NCBI GenBank assembly: GCA_963515435.1
Contig: CAUPYF010000001.1
Location: 1 to 36,990 of the forward strand
From: an uncultured Tannerella sp.
GTDB lineage: Bacteria > Bacteroidota > Bacteroidia > Bacteroidales > Tannerellaceae
DNA length: 36,990 nucleotides
Reading direction: 5' to 3'
Made by a program: the position numbers and the translations under genes. Under the pieces are notes generated by a model. The model did not search any database. It was given only the letters and a program-made list of their open reading frames with translations, and was not told where the DNA came from. The stretch's first letter is position 1. The number at the start of each line of letters is the position of its first letter. This document shows positions 17,891 to 27,195 of this stretch, one piece after another.

Positions 17891-18151
17891 ATGAAGCCAA
17901 TCACGCTGTTTTATTTGAAGCAATGCCCGTTTTGCAAGAAGGCGCGGGCGGCGATCGATGAGCTGCAGAAGCAGGATCGCTATAAGGATATCCAGATCAA
18001 TTGGATCGAGGAATCGGAGCACCCGGACGTGGCGGAGAAGTATGATTACTACTACGTGCCGACGTTCTACATCGATGGCCAAAAGGTGCACGAGGGCGGC
18101 ATCTTCCCCGATGAGGTGAAGGCCGTATTAGAGCAGGCGCTGGCGATGTGA
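17891..18151 (+). CDS. Glutaredoxin/thioredoxin-fold protein
   Basis: CPFC active site, YYVPTF cis-Pro motif, 86 aa. Confidence 0.9.
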   Translation: MKPITLFYLKQCPFCKKARAAIDELQKQDRYKDIQINWIEESEHPDVAEKYDYYYVPTFYIDGQKVHEGGIFPDEVKAVLEQALAM

Positions 18152-18165
18152 AGGCGCTTTCGCTC

Positions 18166-20412
18166 CTATAGGATCTGCTCGACTCGGCGCTTCATCGTCT
18201 CGATGTCGAGCACACCGTAGGCGAAGCCGCGGCGGGTGAGTTCGGGGGGGAGCGTATCGTCGTATTTGTCGAAGACGGGCGTCTCGTTCGGGTAGAGCAG
18301 CTCCATGGGATCGATAGGTCGGGCGATCTCTTCGCGGACGATGCGGTGGAAGTCGGCCTCGGAGACTTGCATGGTGAACTGCATGTAGTAGGGCCGCATG
18401 GAGTCGAAGCCTTTCAGGCCGAGGCGCGCGGCGCAGCGGATGCGTAGGAAGCGCTCAAGGGCGAGGAAGGCGTAGCTGCCAAGCCATGGCGTGAGGCTGT
18501 ACATGTTTCCACCGAGCGAGAGGAGTGGGCGGAGGCCGAGGCCGGCGTGTGTGGCGGCATGGCGTGCGGCGGCGAGCCGTGCGGCAGCGTTGGGCAGGAG
18601 GTAGGCGTAGCTGTCGGTCTGTTGGAGCAGGAGGCGCATGCGCTCAAGGATGCGCGTGTCGATGTCGCCGGCCTCGTCGCCGAAGTAGGCCGAGACGATG
18701 CCCCGCACGCGGTGGCAATAGACGATGTGATGTTTGTAGTCCACTTCTTCTACCACCCAGACATGGCCCGCGATGGCGATCTTGCTCATCACGGGCGGCG
18801 GCTTGACGATGGTGCCGAGCTCCTCGGAGTCGCAGCGGACGGTGTACTCTTCATTCTCACGAAAGACAGCGTAGAATTTGAAATCGTTGACGATGCGCTC
18901 GCCGACCAAGCCGATGATGAGGCCGCCGCGGTCAGTCAGTTGGATGTGGTCGATGTCAATGAGGTGGCGGAGAAGGGTGCGGAAATCATCTTGCGTGATG
19001 CGGTGGAAAGGGGGCAGCGTGAGGACGCGTGCGGCGAGTTCGGCAGGCATCATCTCGCCGCCAGCGGCCAGCGTGCTCATCGTCTGGTGATAGAGCAGGC
19101 TGTAAGGCAACCGGCCCTTGCGTGGCGCTTCCACCCAGCGCTCTTCGATGTAAAGCTGCACTAAGGCGATGCCTTGCAGCAGTTTCCAGGGGATCGTTTC
19201 GGGGAGCAGGGCGCGTGGCTCGGGGTGATTCTCGCGCATGACGAACCACATCTCGGCCGGTGCGCCGCGTCGGCCGGTGCGCCCCATGCGCTGCAGGAAG
19301 GAAGAGACGGTGGCGGGAGCGTCGATCTGGAAGGCGCGCTCCAAACGACCGATGTCAATGCCTAATTCAAGTGTGGAGGTGGTGCAGACGGCCAGTGGGC
19401 CATCGGCCTGCTTCATCAGCTCTTCGGCCTGGCGGCGGTAAGAGACGGAGAGGTTGCCGTGATGGATCAGGAAGCGGTCGGGTTCGTGGCACGCTTCGCA
19501 GTATCGGCGCAGCGTAGCCGTGACCGTCTCGCACTCCTCGCGGGAGTTGGAGAAGATGAGGCACTTGTGGCCGCGTGTGTGTTCGAAGATGTAGCCCAAC
19601 CCTGGGTCGGCTGCTTCGGGCGCAGTGTCCGTGGGGGGCTCGTTGGCGGGATTGTTTTCGTTTACGTCGACGGAGTGATCCGTAGCCTGTGCCGCGTCAG
19701 CAGCTTGCGGACCGTTATTGAAGAAGTGCTGCATGGAGAGGCGCCACTTCATCGGTACGTTCTGTATGCGTGGAATGACGGTGCGGCGTCGTGTGCCCGC
19801 GGCCAGGAACTGCCCGACTGCTTCCGGATCGCCTACGGTAGCCGAAAGCCCCACGCGCCGCGGCTCAACGCCAGCTGCACGCGAAAGCCGTTCGATGAGG
19901 CACATCGTCTGTCCACCGCGATCGCCGCGCAGGAAGGCGTGGATTTCGTCGATCACGATAAAACGCAGGTCACCAAAGAGTGCCGTGAGCTGCGCATGAC
20001 GGCGTAGCAACATGGCCTCGAGCGATTCGGGCGTGATCTGAAGGATACCCGAAGGGCGCCGCATGAGTCGCTTCTTCTCCGTGGGCGACACGTCGCCGTG
20101 CCAATGCCAGACGGGGATGTCGCACTCGGCGCAGACGTCGTTGAGGCGCACGAATTGGTCGTTGATGAGCGCCTTGAGCGGGGCGATGTAGAGGCAACCG
20201 ACGGATGCGGGCGGTTGCTCCTGCATGAGCGTGATGATGGGGAAGAAGGCGGCCTCCGTCTTGCCCGAGGCGGTGGAGGCGCAGAGCAGCACGTGGGCGT
20301 CGGTGCCGAAGAGGGCTTCGCCAGCAGCAGCCTGCACGGCGCGGAGCGTATCCCAACCGCTGCGGTAGATAAAGTCGCGGATGGCGGGGGAATAGCGTTC
20401 GTAGACGTCCAT
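18166..20412 (-). CDS. Lhr-like SF2 DEAD/DEAH helicase, Shango SngC-like
   Basis: ASTASGKT, APLKALINDQ, TPESLE, DEIH, GLSAT, HHGNLS, TSTLELGIDIG, QRMGRTGRR; start overlaps the ATPase stop. Confidence 0.9.
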   Translation of the reverse strand: MDVYERYSPAIRDFIYRSGWDTLRAVQAAAGEALFGTDAHVLLCASTASGKTEAAFFPIITLMQEQPPASVGCLYIAPLKALINDQFVRLNDVCAECDIPVWHWHGDVSPTEKKRLMRRPSGILQITPESLEAMLLRRHAQLTALFGDLRFIVIDEIHAFLRGDRGGQTMCLIERLSRAAGVEPRRVGLSATVGDPEAVGQFLAAGTRRRTVIPRIQNVPMKWRLSMQHFFNNGPQAADAAQATDHSVDVNENNPANEPPTDTAPEAADPGLGYIFEHTRGHKCLIFSNSREECETVTATLRRYCEACHEPDRFLIHHGNLSVSYRRQAEELMKQADGPLAVCTTSTLELGIDIGRLERAFQIDAPATVSSFLQRMGRTGRRGAPAEMWFVMRENHPEPRALLPETIPWKLLQGIALVQLYIEERWVEAPRKGRLPYSLLYHQTMSTLAAGGEMMPAELAARVLTLPPFHRITQDDFRTLLRHLIDIDHIQLTDRGGLIIGLVGERIVNDFKFYAVFRENEEYTVRCDSEELGTIVKPPPVMSKIAIAGHVWVVEEVDYKHHIVYCHRVRGIVSAYFGDEAGDIDTRILERMRLLLQQTDSYAYLLPNAAARLAAARHAATHAGLGLRPLLSLGGNMYSLTPWLGSYAFLALERFLRIRCAARLGLKGFDSMRPYYMQFTMQVSEADFHRIVREEIARPIDPMELLYPNETPVFDKYDDTLPPELTRRGFAYGVLDIETMKRRVEQIL

Positions 20413-21746
20413 CAGAGGGTAAACTCAGCGAAGGCCGCATCGACCTCCTTCTCCTCTAACTCCGGCTTGGCGTAAGAGAACTCTTCGGACTGCAAGAGGC
20501 CGGCGAGCGTGAGGTCGGGGTGCGTGTAAAGCAAGTCGAGCAGCTCGATGAAGTCGCGAATCACTTCGCGGGGTGTGATGTGCGTGTCGGCGCCGATGCG
20601 GGCGTATTCGGTGCGGATGAAAGCGACGAGGTCGTCGTCCTTGAGCCGCGGTTCGTACTCGTAAAGCCCCGCGTGGATGCCGGCGATCTTTTCCGTGAGC
20701 ACCGTCATCTCCTCGGCCGTCAGCGCTTGCAGACGGATCACGGGGGCGAGCAAATCAGGCGTGCCTTGTTCGCGTGCGAACTTGCCCTCTTGCAGCCGCG
20801 AGCGGAGCGCCTCGTAGCTGTAAATGCCACGCCTCGGGTCGGCGATGCTTTGTGGTGTGCCGCTCATGATGGTGCCGATGTAGCGCGCCTTGCCTTGCAG
20901 GGCATCGTTATACATGGCCAGCATCTTCTCGTAATTGTATTGCCGAGAGATGCTGTTAGGGATTTTGTACAGGTTCACCAGCTCGTCTATTAAGACGATG
21001 AGGCCGCTGTAGCCGGCGCTGTGGAAGAAGAAGGCGAAGAGCTTGAGGTACTCATACCAGTTGTCGTCGGTGATGATGACGGTGATGCCCAGCTCACTGC
21101 GAGCCTCGGTTTTGTTGACGTATTCGCCGCGGAACCACTTCAGCACCTTGCCCTTCAGTTCGTCGTCGCCCTCGGTGAAGGCGCGATAGTAGAGGGTGAG
21201 CAGGCGGGCGAAGTCGAAGCCGTGGACGAGGTCGTGCATGGTGCGGACGACGGCGAAGATTTGTTGCTCCACACGCGTGGCAAACTCAGGGCTGTCCGTG
21301 TTGCAATCGGCCGTCTCCGCTGTCTGCGTTTGCACGGCGCTGATCCATCGGTCGAGCACGGTGGCCAGTGCTCCGCCCTCGGGCTGTGTCTTTACGCTTA
21401 GGTTTTTGATCAGCTCGCGATACGTGGCCAGCCCCTGCCCTTGGTTGCCAAAGAGGCGTCGCTCGGGCGATAGATCGGCATCCATCACAACGAAATTTCG
21501 ATCCATCACATAGTTGCGCATCGTCTGCAGCAGGAAGGATTTCCCGTTGCCGTAGTTGCCCGCGATGAAGCGGAACGACGCGCCGCCCTCACTGACGATG
21601 TCCACATCGCGAAGCAGCGCCTCGATCTCTTGCCGCCGCCCCACGGTGATGTAGGGCAACCCCACGCGAGGCACCACGCCTCCTTTGAGTGAGTTCACAA
21701 CGGTCTGCGCGATGCGCCGCGGAATCTTCGTCGGTTTGTTATCCAT
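20412..21746 (-). CDS. DUF2791 / BrxD-like P-loop ATPase, Shango SngB-like
   Basis: SLKGGVVPRVGLPYITVGR, Walker A GNYGNGKS, LSPERR, Walker B VLIDE, SYEALRSRL, TPREVIRDF. Confidence 0.9.
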   Translation of the reverse strand: MDNKPTKIPRRIAQTVVNSLKGGVVPRVGLPYITVGRRQEIEALLRDVDIVSEGGASFRFIAGNYGNGKSFLLQTMRNYVMDRNFVVMDADLSPERRLFGNQGQGLATYRELIKNLSVKTQPEGGALATVLDRWISAVQTQTAETADCNTDSPEFATRVEQQIFAVVRTMHDLVHGFDFARLLTLYYRAFTEGDDELKGKVLKWFRGEYVNKTEARSELGITVIITDDNWYEYLKLFAFFFHSAGYSGLIVLIDELVNLYKIPNSISRQYNYEKMLAMYNDALQGKARYIGTIMSGTPQSIADPRRGIYSYEALRSRLQEGKFAREQGTPDLLAPVIRLQALTAEEMTVLTEKIAGIHAGLYEYEPRLKDDDLVAFIRTEYARIGADTHITPREVIRDFIELLDLLYTHPDLTLAGLLQSEEFSYAKPELEEKEVDAAFAEFTL

Positions 21747-21788
21747 ATTTCTTATGGGTTATGTGAATTACATGTTGTGCTGTTTGGG

Positions 21789-21811
21789 GGGCGGCCTTCC
21801 TGTGGTCGCCC
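21789..21811. repeat. REP-like palindrome inside the defence operon
   Basis: GGGCGGCC-TTCCTGT-GGTCGCCC stem-loop in the gap between the first and second genes. Confidence 0.5.
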
Positions 21812-21849
21812 GGCTATATATAATAAAAGGTATAGGGAACAGGGGCGGC

Positions 21850-23466
21850 TCACAGCCTTCGAGTCACGTCGTCCAAATAATCCTCGATCACCTCCGGCCC
21901 CTGGCCACGGTCAGCCACGACGACGTCTTGCAGCTCCTCCATCATCTTCTCGTTGATCCCCTCCGTCATCACGCCGACGGGCACGCGGATGTCGCGCAAG
22001 TAGCCCGCCCAGTCGCCCCCCTCGATCAGCAGACGCAGGAAGCGTCGCTCTTGCTCCGTGAACGAAGTATCCGCAGTCGCTGCGGTTTTCGGTTGCGCCG
22101 CCTGTTTCTCGTCCGACTGGAGGGCCTCTGCCCGATCATCATCCGTCAAGAGCGCCTCGCGAACGGCGTCAGCATCGCTGCGTATGCGATCGAGCCGCGA
22201 GAGATCCACCTCCACCTCATCCCGGGCGCGCTGTGCAGCCTCACGCGCCACTTCACGCTCAGCCGCAAGTTTCGCCTCACGCTGCTCCACCCAGTATCGG
22301 TCTATTTCCTTTTGTATCACCGCCGTCAGCTCCGCGTCCTGCATCCGTTCTGACAGCTTCCCTTCCCCCTTCATGCTGAGGCGCAGCAGGCGATCCGTCT
22401 CGCGCAGCAACTTCCCGGCCAGCTCACCCCGCTTCTCGTCGTCAATGACGTTGCAATACATCTCTTTCCTCCAAATTCCTCGCAGGCAGCTGTATCCGCG
22501 CATCTCCGTGGCTGGGTAAAATCGCTTCCGATAGGGGTAACGGCGGTAGAAGACGGCCCCGTGAAACAGCTGCTGCGGCACCTCCCTTAGTTCGCCCACA
22601 TACAGTCGTTCGATCGGCTGCTTGAAGCGCGCTTCGATGATCGGTGCCGTGCACCGGATGACGCGTCCGCAGACGATCGTCACCATCTCGGGGTACCGCT
22701 TGTAGAGCCGCGAATCCTTGATGTGGTATGCCGAAAGCGGAGCAATCGCCTCAAACAGAGCTTTGTCGCCGGCTGCGTCCGGATCGGCCAGCAACTTCAC
22801 AGCCTCGTCCTCTGCCCGCTCTTGGGTGAAATACGTTTCGGCGTGGTCGAAAAGGCCGTAGAAGACGACGAAGTCACGCATCCAATCGTTCAGGTTGCGT
22901 AGCAGGCGTGCGTCTTGCGAGCCGTAGTGGTCACGGATGGTCCCGAGCGCCTTCAGAGCCTCCTCCGGCAGTCCAAAGCCGATGAGCATCAGTAGTTCGT
23001 AGATGTAAACGGAAACGTACGACATCGAAATGACCTCAGGAAAGTTGCCGTGGTGCCAGTGTGTTCGGAGAGTGAAGTAGCTGCGCAACTGCTGCATCGA
23101 CATGTCTGCATAGACTGGATTGTAAGCGAAGAAGGGGACGATGCGGGGGGCTTCGTCCTCACAATTGGCCACGAAGAGTGCCTGATTGTAGAAGTCGCGG
23201 TTGCGTGTAGGCGACCACTGCGTCCGTCGACAGATCTTCCACAGCTCGGTGATTTTCTCCGGAATATCTTCTTTATCCTCCGGTCGGGCAGGTGAATCAC
23301 CTATGTCAAAGAGTTTGCCCTCGAGGAGCCACCTCATCCCCCGTTGCGCTTCCTTAATAAGCGAGACCAGCTTGCTTACTTGTTCTTTGGTCGGCGTTTG
23401 TTCCGCGACGTTTTTGCGTGGCAGCGGCCGATCGGTATAATATTTTTCGTCTGAATACTCGTTCAT
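21850..23466 (-). CDS. TerB_N / TerB_C domain protein, Shango SngA-like
   Basis: FFAYNPVYADMSMQQLRSYFTLR and SYVSVYIYELL (TerB_N-like); VDLSRLDRIRSD and EGINEKMMEELQDVVV...EVIEDY (TerB_C-like); heads the ATPase-helicase operon. Confidence 0.82.
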   Translation of the reverse strand: MNEYSDEKYYTDRPLPRKNVAEQTPTKEQVSKLVSLIKEAQRGMRWLLEGKLFDIGDSPARPEDKEDIPEKITELWKICRRTQWSPTRNRDFYNQALFVANCEDEAPRIVPFFAYNPVYADMSMQQLRSYFTLRTHWHHGNFPEVISMSYVSVYIYELLMLIGFGLPEEALKALGTIRDHYGSQDARLLRNLNDWMRDFVVFYGLFDHAETYFTQERAEDEAVKLLADPDAAGDKALFEAIAPLSAYHIKDSRLYKRYPEMVTIVCGRVIRCTAPIIEARFKQPIERLYVGELREVPQQLFHGAVFYRRYPYRKRFYPATEMRGYSCLRGIWRKEMYCNVIDDEKRGELAGKLLRETDRLLRLSMKGEGKLSERMQDAELTAVIQKEIDRYWVEQREAKLAAEREVAREAAQRARDEVEVDLSRLDRIRSDADAVREALLTDDDRAEALQSDEKQAAQPKTAATADTSFTEQERRFLRLLIEGGDWAGYLRDIRVPVGVMTEGINEKMMEELQDVVVADRGQGPEVIEDYLDDVTRRL

Positions 23467-23493
23467 TTCCTACCCTTTTCGATTGGTGGGGGG

Positions 23494-23501
23494 CAAAAGT
23501 A
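23494..23501 (-). promoter_or_regulatory. -7 element (TACTTTTG) for the Shango-like operon
   Basis: TAnnTTTG match about 28 nt upstream of the first ATG; no clear -33 TTTG. Confidence 0.65.
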
Positions 23502-23659
23502 AGTTGAAATCTACACACGGAATTTCCGGCAGCATCTCGCGCTTTGCTTTCGGGTTATCCCGGTTCTTTTCTCTTTTTTGTGATGTCACGATAGTAAGCA
23601 TAAAAGACATTCTATTGCATCGTGTCTACACAAAGAATGTAGGATAAAAACACATTTCT

Positions 23660-23960
23660 TATTCCATGCATGTGAATGATGAAAGTATTTGTTAACAATA
23701 CGCCTGTGCGGTTTTTGATATGAATATTCTTATAACAATTTTCATGCTCGCATATGAATATGGAGAATATTTTGGAATAAATTATATGTATACGCAAAAT
23801 CATATATTATTTATTCATATTCTCGTGCGCGTATGAGAGATAAAATAAAGATGTATATATACTCATGACTGCATGGAGGAAAGAATAAAATGGTCTTCAT
23901 AATTAAATGCATGCATGTGGCACTTAAAACAATACGTAAATTAATTACGTGCAAGGAGGG
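23660..23960. repeat. Highly degenerate 40-41-bp periodic array of quasi-palindromes in an AT-rich tract
   Basis: GCATG/GTATG-like cores at 23668, 23750, 23831, 23871, 23913, 23951; best units TTCATGCTCGCATATGAA (23741) and TCTCGTGCGCGTATGAGA (23821). Confidence 0.55.
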
Positions 23961-24176
23961 GGGGATATACTCATTCATGTATGCATATAGATAATAAATA
24001 TAAGTATAAAACTTCTTATATAATAAAGAATGAGGTATTCTTCCGGGAAGGGGGGCTTTTGAGAAAGGGGCATGGGAATCTCGGGAGGAGGCTTTTCGGC
24101 GTGATTTTTTTGCCTGAGGAAAATCCGACGGGCGTTTCGTTGCATGTAATTGACAGCAGCTTTGATTTTTCAGCAT

Positions 24177-24218
24177 AAAAAAACCTTCCGCTGCCTCTTC
24201 CGAGGGTAAGCGAAAGGT
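24177..24218 (-). terminator. Intrinsic terminator downstream of the RRM gene
   Basis: Minus strand ACCTTTCGCTTACCCTC-GGAA-GAGGCAGCGGAAGGT followed by a T run. Confidence 0.7.
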
Positions 24219-24295
24219 CGTGTTGCGATCTTGCTATTACGTGTCGGGAGGGCGCTCGAATCAAAAGTCAAGCATCCTCTTCTTCGCAGGAAGCG

Positions 24296-24541
24296 TCAGG
24301 GACGTGGCAGAGCCTCTTTGGCTACCAATCGCCGTCCTTCAAACGTCTGGTCATTCAGTTCGGCAATTGCCCGGTTGGCTTCTTCGTCGTTTGGCATTTC
24401 GGCGAAGGCATAACCCCGTGAACGGCCGTTTTCCCGATCCTTAATGATCCGTACGGAATCTACCGTTCCGTACTCTTCCAATCGTTTCTGCAAATCTTCT
24501 TCCTGCACCCGATAATTCAGGTTGCCCAAGTAAATATTCAT
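24296..24541 (-). CDS. Single-RRM RNA-binding protein
   Basis: MNIYLGNL (RNP2) and RGYAFAEM (RNP1); start moved to ATG 24541; divergent from tig. Confidence 0.94.
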   Translation of the reverse strand: MNIYLGNLNYRVQEEDLQKRLEEYGTVDSVRIIKDRENGRSRGYAFAEMPNDEEANRAIAELNDQTFEGRRLVAKEALPRP

Positions 24542-25028
24542 GAGATATAAAATAAAAAAAATGATGTCGATGCTATTGAAAGAGCAAGAAAATCGCGAGT
24601 TCATAACAATAATCCATCATCAGTTAATCGACAGCGGCAGAATAGATTGTTAAGTACATTCGGAATATACTTCCCTTCACGGGCGCAAAGGAAAAGATAA
24701 AATCGAAACACGCAAGCTCTGTTTTGGTGATGTTATCCCGCCGTAATTCGTTCGTTGAGTGCACGTGCCGAAGTTTTGCCGTATCCTAGAAAGAGATGTT
24801 TCGATGGACGCCGATATAGGGCGCATGGCAGTGCCGGGAGAGTGCGTTTGGCCCGAGAACTCTTTCGTTGATTTTGGGAAGGTTCTTCTTGGAAATACCG
24901 TTATTATATATAGCGGATGGGGGAGTACGGAAGCGAATCGCAAGGCTGTCGAAATTCGTCTGCCGAAAAGGCTGGAAAACCGGCATTTGAAGCGGCTCTT
25001 TGGCCTCTTTTTAGCCCTCTTCTCCTCA

Positions 25029-25059
25029 TTTGTGGGATTGAAATTATCGTCTAATTTTG
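25029..25059 (+). promoter_or_regulatory. Complete Bacteroidota housekeeping promoter for the tig operon
   Basis: TTTG (25029-25032), 19-nt spacer, TAATTTTG (25052-25059). Confidence 0.8.
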
Positions 25060-25113
25060 CACCCTGCAAAATGAAAAGGGCAGACATAAAGATTAATTAT
25101 TAGATAGAATAGT

Positions 25114-26517
25114 ATGAAGATTTCGTTGACGAGTGATGACGCCATCCGCGGTATCATCACATTGGCGATAGAAAAAAAAGACTACGAGAAGGACGTGGAT
25201 AAGAACCTGCGCCTGTATCGCCGGAAGATGCTGTTGCCTGGCTTCCGGAAGGGCACGGCGCCGATGGGCATGATTCGTAAAGTGTACGGCAGACGCGTGA
25301 TAGCCGAAGAAATCAATCGGCTCACGATGGAGAATCTCTTTAATTATATTCGAGACAATAAGATCGGAGTCATGGGCGAACCGCTCCCGCAGACTGATCA
25401 GGCGCCGATCAATTTTGATACACAGGAAGAATTCGAGTTTCGCTTTGACGTGGCGTTGGCCCCGAAGACGGATCTCAAACTGACAAAGGACGACCGACTG
25501 ACGTGGTACGACATTCGTGTGGACGACGCAGTGGTTGAAAAACAAATCGAGGCTTATCGCAAGGAGCACGGGGATTACGAAAAGGTGGACTCTGTGGAGC
25601 TCAACGACTGGATCAGAGGAAAGGCTGTGGAGATGGAAAACGGCGAACAGAAAGCTGGGGGCATATGGGCGGAGAACACGCTGCTATTCCCGTATCTCAT
25701 CGAAGACGAAGAGGAACGTGCCAAATTCATCGGTGCTAAGTTGGGCGATAGCATCGTTTTCAATCCCCAAAAGGCCTTCGGAAATAAGACGCGCGCAATT
25801 ACTTCGCTTCTGAATATCGACGCCGAAACGGCGGAGCATTTCACCAACGACTGCCGTTTTGAAATCGTCGAGATCACGCGCCTTAAGCCAGCCGAACTGA
25901 CTTCGGATTTGTATGAGAAGGTGCTGGGAAACCGTAATGTGACGGACGAAGCCGCCTTCCGAGAAGAAATAAGAAAGCTCATGAAGGGCCCACTCAATAT
26001 GCGGAGTGAAGTACATTTCGAACGCGATGCGCGCGATATGTTGATCAACAAGGTGGGCGATGTGCAGCTGGCTGACGATATTCTGAAACGTTGGCTGATG
26101 TTTACTGATAAAATGAAGCCGGAAGATTTGGAAAAGACTTATCCTCACATAGTGGAGGATCTGAAATACCATCTAGCCAAGGAGTATTTCATGTCGGCCA
26201 ACGACTTGAAGGTGGAGGACCCCGATATCGAAGAAATGGCCAAAACGGCGGCGCGTTCGCAATTCATACAATATGGAATGTTGTCCATGCCGGACGATAT
26301 GGTGGATCGCTTCGCTAAAGACCTCCTGAGGGAGGGCGAAAGCCGTCGTAATCTGATCAATCGCGCCACGGATCGAAAATTGGCCGAATGGATCAAGGGG
26401 CAAATCACGGTAGAAACGGTCGAAGTGTCCCTCGACGAATACGATAAAATAGTGAGTGAGGCCGTAGAGAAAAAAAAGAAAGAGACCGCCGAAAAAGAAG
26501 AAGGAAAAGAGGAGTGA
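25114..26517 (+). CDS. tig: Trigger factor
   Basis: PGFRKGTAP ribosome-binding signature; upstream of clpP-clpX. Confidence 0.95.
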   Translation: MKISLTSDDAIRGIITLAIEKKDYEKDVDKNLRLYRRKMLLPGFRKGTAPMGMIRKVYGRRVIAEEINRLTMENLFNYIRDNKIGVMGEPLPQTDQAPINFDTQEEFEFRFDVALAPKTDLKLTKDDRLTWYDIRVDDAVVEKQIEAYRKEHGDYEKVDSVELNDWIRGKAVEMENGEQKAGGIWAENTLLFPYLIEDEEERAKFIGAKLGDSIVFNPQKAFGNKTRAITSLLNIDAETAEHFTNDCRFEIVEITRLKPAELTSDLYEKVLGNRNVTDEAAFREEIRKLMKGPLNMRSEVHFERDARDMLINKVGDVQLADDILKRWLMFTDKMKPEDLEKTYPHIVEDLKYHLAKEYFMSANDLKVEDPDIEEMAKTAARSQFIQYGMLSMPDDMVDRFAKDLLREGESRRNLINRATDRKLAEWIKGQITVETVEVSLDEYDKIVSEAVEKKKKETAEKEEGKEE

Positions 26518-26523
26518 AGGAAG

Positions 26524-27189
26524 ATGGAAAACGAATTTAAGAAATACGCCACCAAGCATTTGGGCATGAGTTCGACGGCGCTGGAGGGGTACATGAACAT
26601 CACGAGCAGCTATATCTCGCCGACGATTATCGAAGAGCGCCAATTGAACGTCGCTCAAATGGATGTTTTCTCCCGACTGATGATGGATCGCATCATCTTC
26701 TTGGGTACACAAATCGATGATTATACAGCCAACGTCATACAGGCGCAGCTCCTTTACTTAGACTCGAGCGACCCGGGCAAAGACATTTCGATATATATCA
26801 ACTCTCCCGGTGGATCGGTCTATGCTGGGCTGGGGATCTACGATACGATGCAATTTATAGGCAGCAAGGTGGCTACGATCTGCACGGGTATTGCGGCCTC
26901 GATGGCTTCAGTGCTCTTAGTGGCCGGTGAAAAGGGTAAACGCTGCTGTCTGACCCACTCGCGTGTGCTGATTCATCAGCCGATGAGTGGTGTGCAGGGG
27001 CAGGCTTCGGATATGGAGATTGCCGTTCGCGAGGTGTTGAAGGTGAAGGACGAACTTTATCGGATCATTTCCGAGCATTCGGGTAAGCCCTACGAGGTGA
27101 TCGCCCGCGACAGCGATCGGGACTACTGGATGAATGCACAGGAAGCGTTAGAATACGGCATGGTTGACGAAATCATGAAACGTAAATAA
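26524..27189 (+). CDS. clpP: ATP-dependent Clp protease proteolytic subunit
   Basis: DVFSRLMMDRIIFLG, YINSPGGSV, AASMAS, IHQP, DRDYWM. Confidence 0.98.
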   Translation: MENEFKKYATKHLGMSSTALEGYMNITSSYISPTIIEERQLNVAQMDVFSRLMMDRIIFLGTQIDDYTANVIQAQLLYLDSSDPGKDISIYINSPGGSVYAGLGIYDTMQFIGSKVATICTGIAASMASVLLVAGEKGKRCCLTHSRVLIHQPMSGVQGQASDMEIAVREVLKVKDELYRIISEHSGKPYEVIARDSDRDYWMNAQEALEYGMVDEIMKRK

Positions 27190-27195
27190 GAGACG

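Noticed and set aside
20412..21746. BREX system, based on the BrxD-like ATPase
   Set aside because: No pglX, pglZ or brxC; the TerB-like and Lhr neighbours fit Shango
21850..23466. Tellurite resistance operon
   Set aside because: No terC/terD/terZ genes; context is ATPase plus helicase
23612..24264. Short ORFs in the AT-rich tract upstream of the defence operon
   Set aside because: Low-complexity Ile/Tyr/Lys-rich translations on both strands; better explained as non-coding repeat DNA
24680..25030. Fifth periodic array between the RRM gene and tig
   Set aside because: Only scattered 6-8-nt matches with no consistent phase
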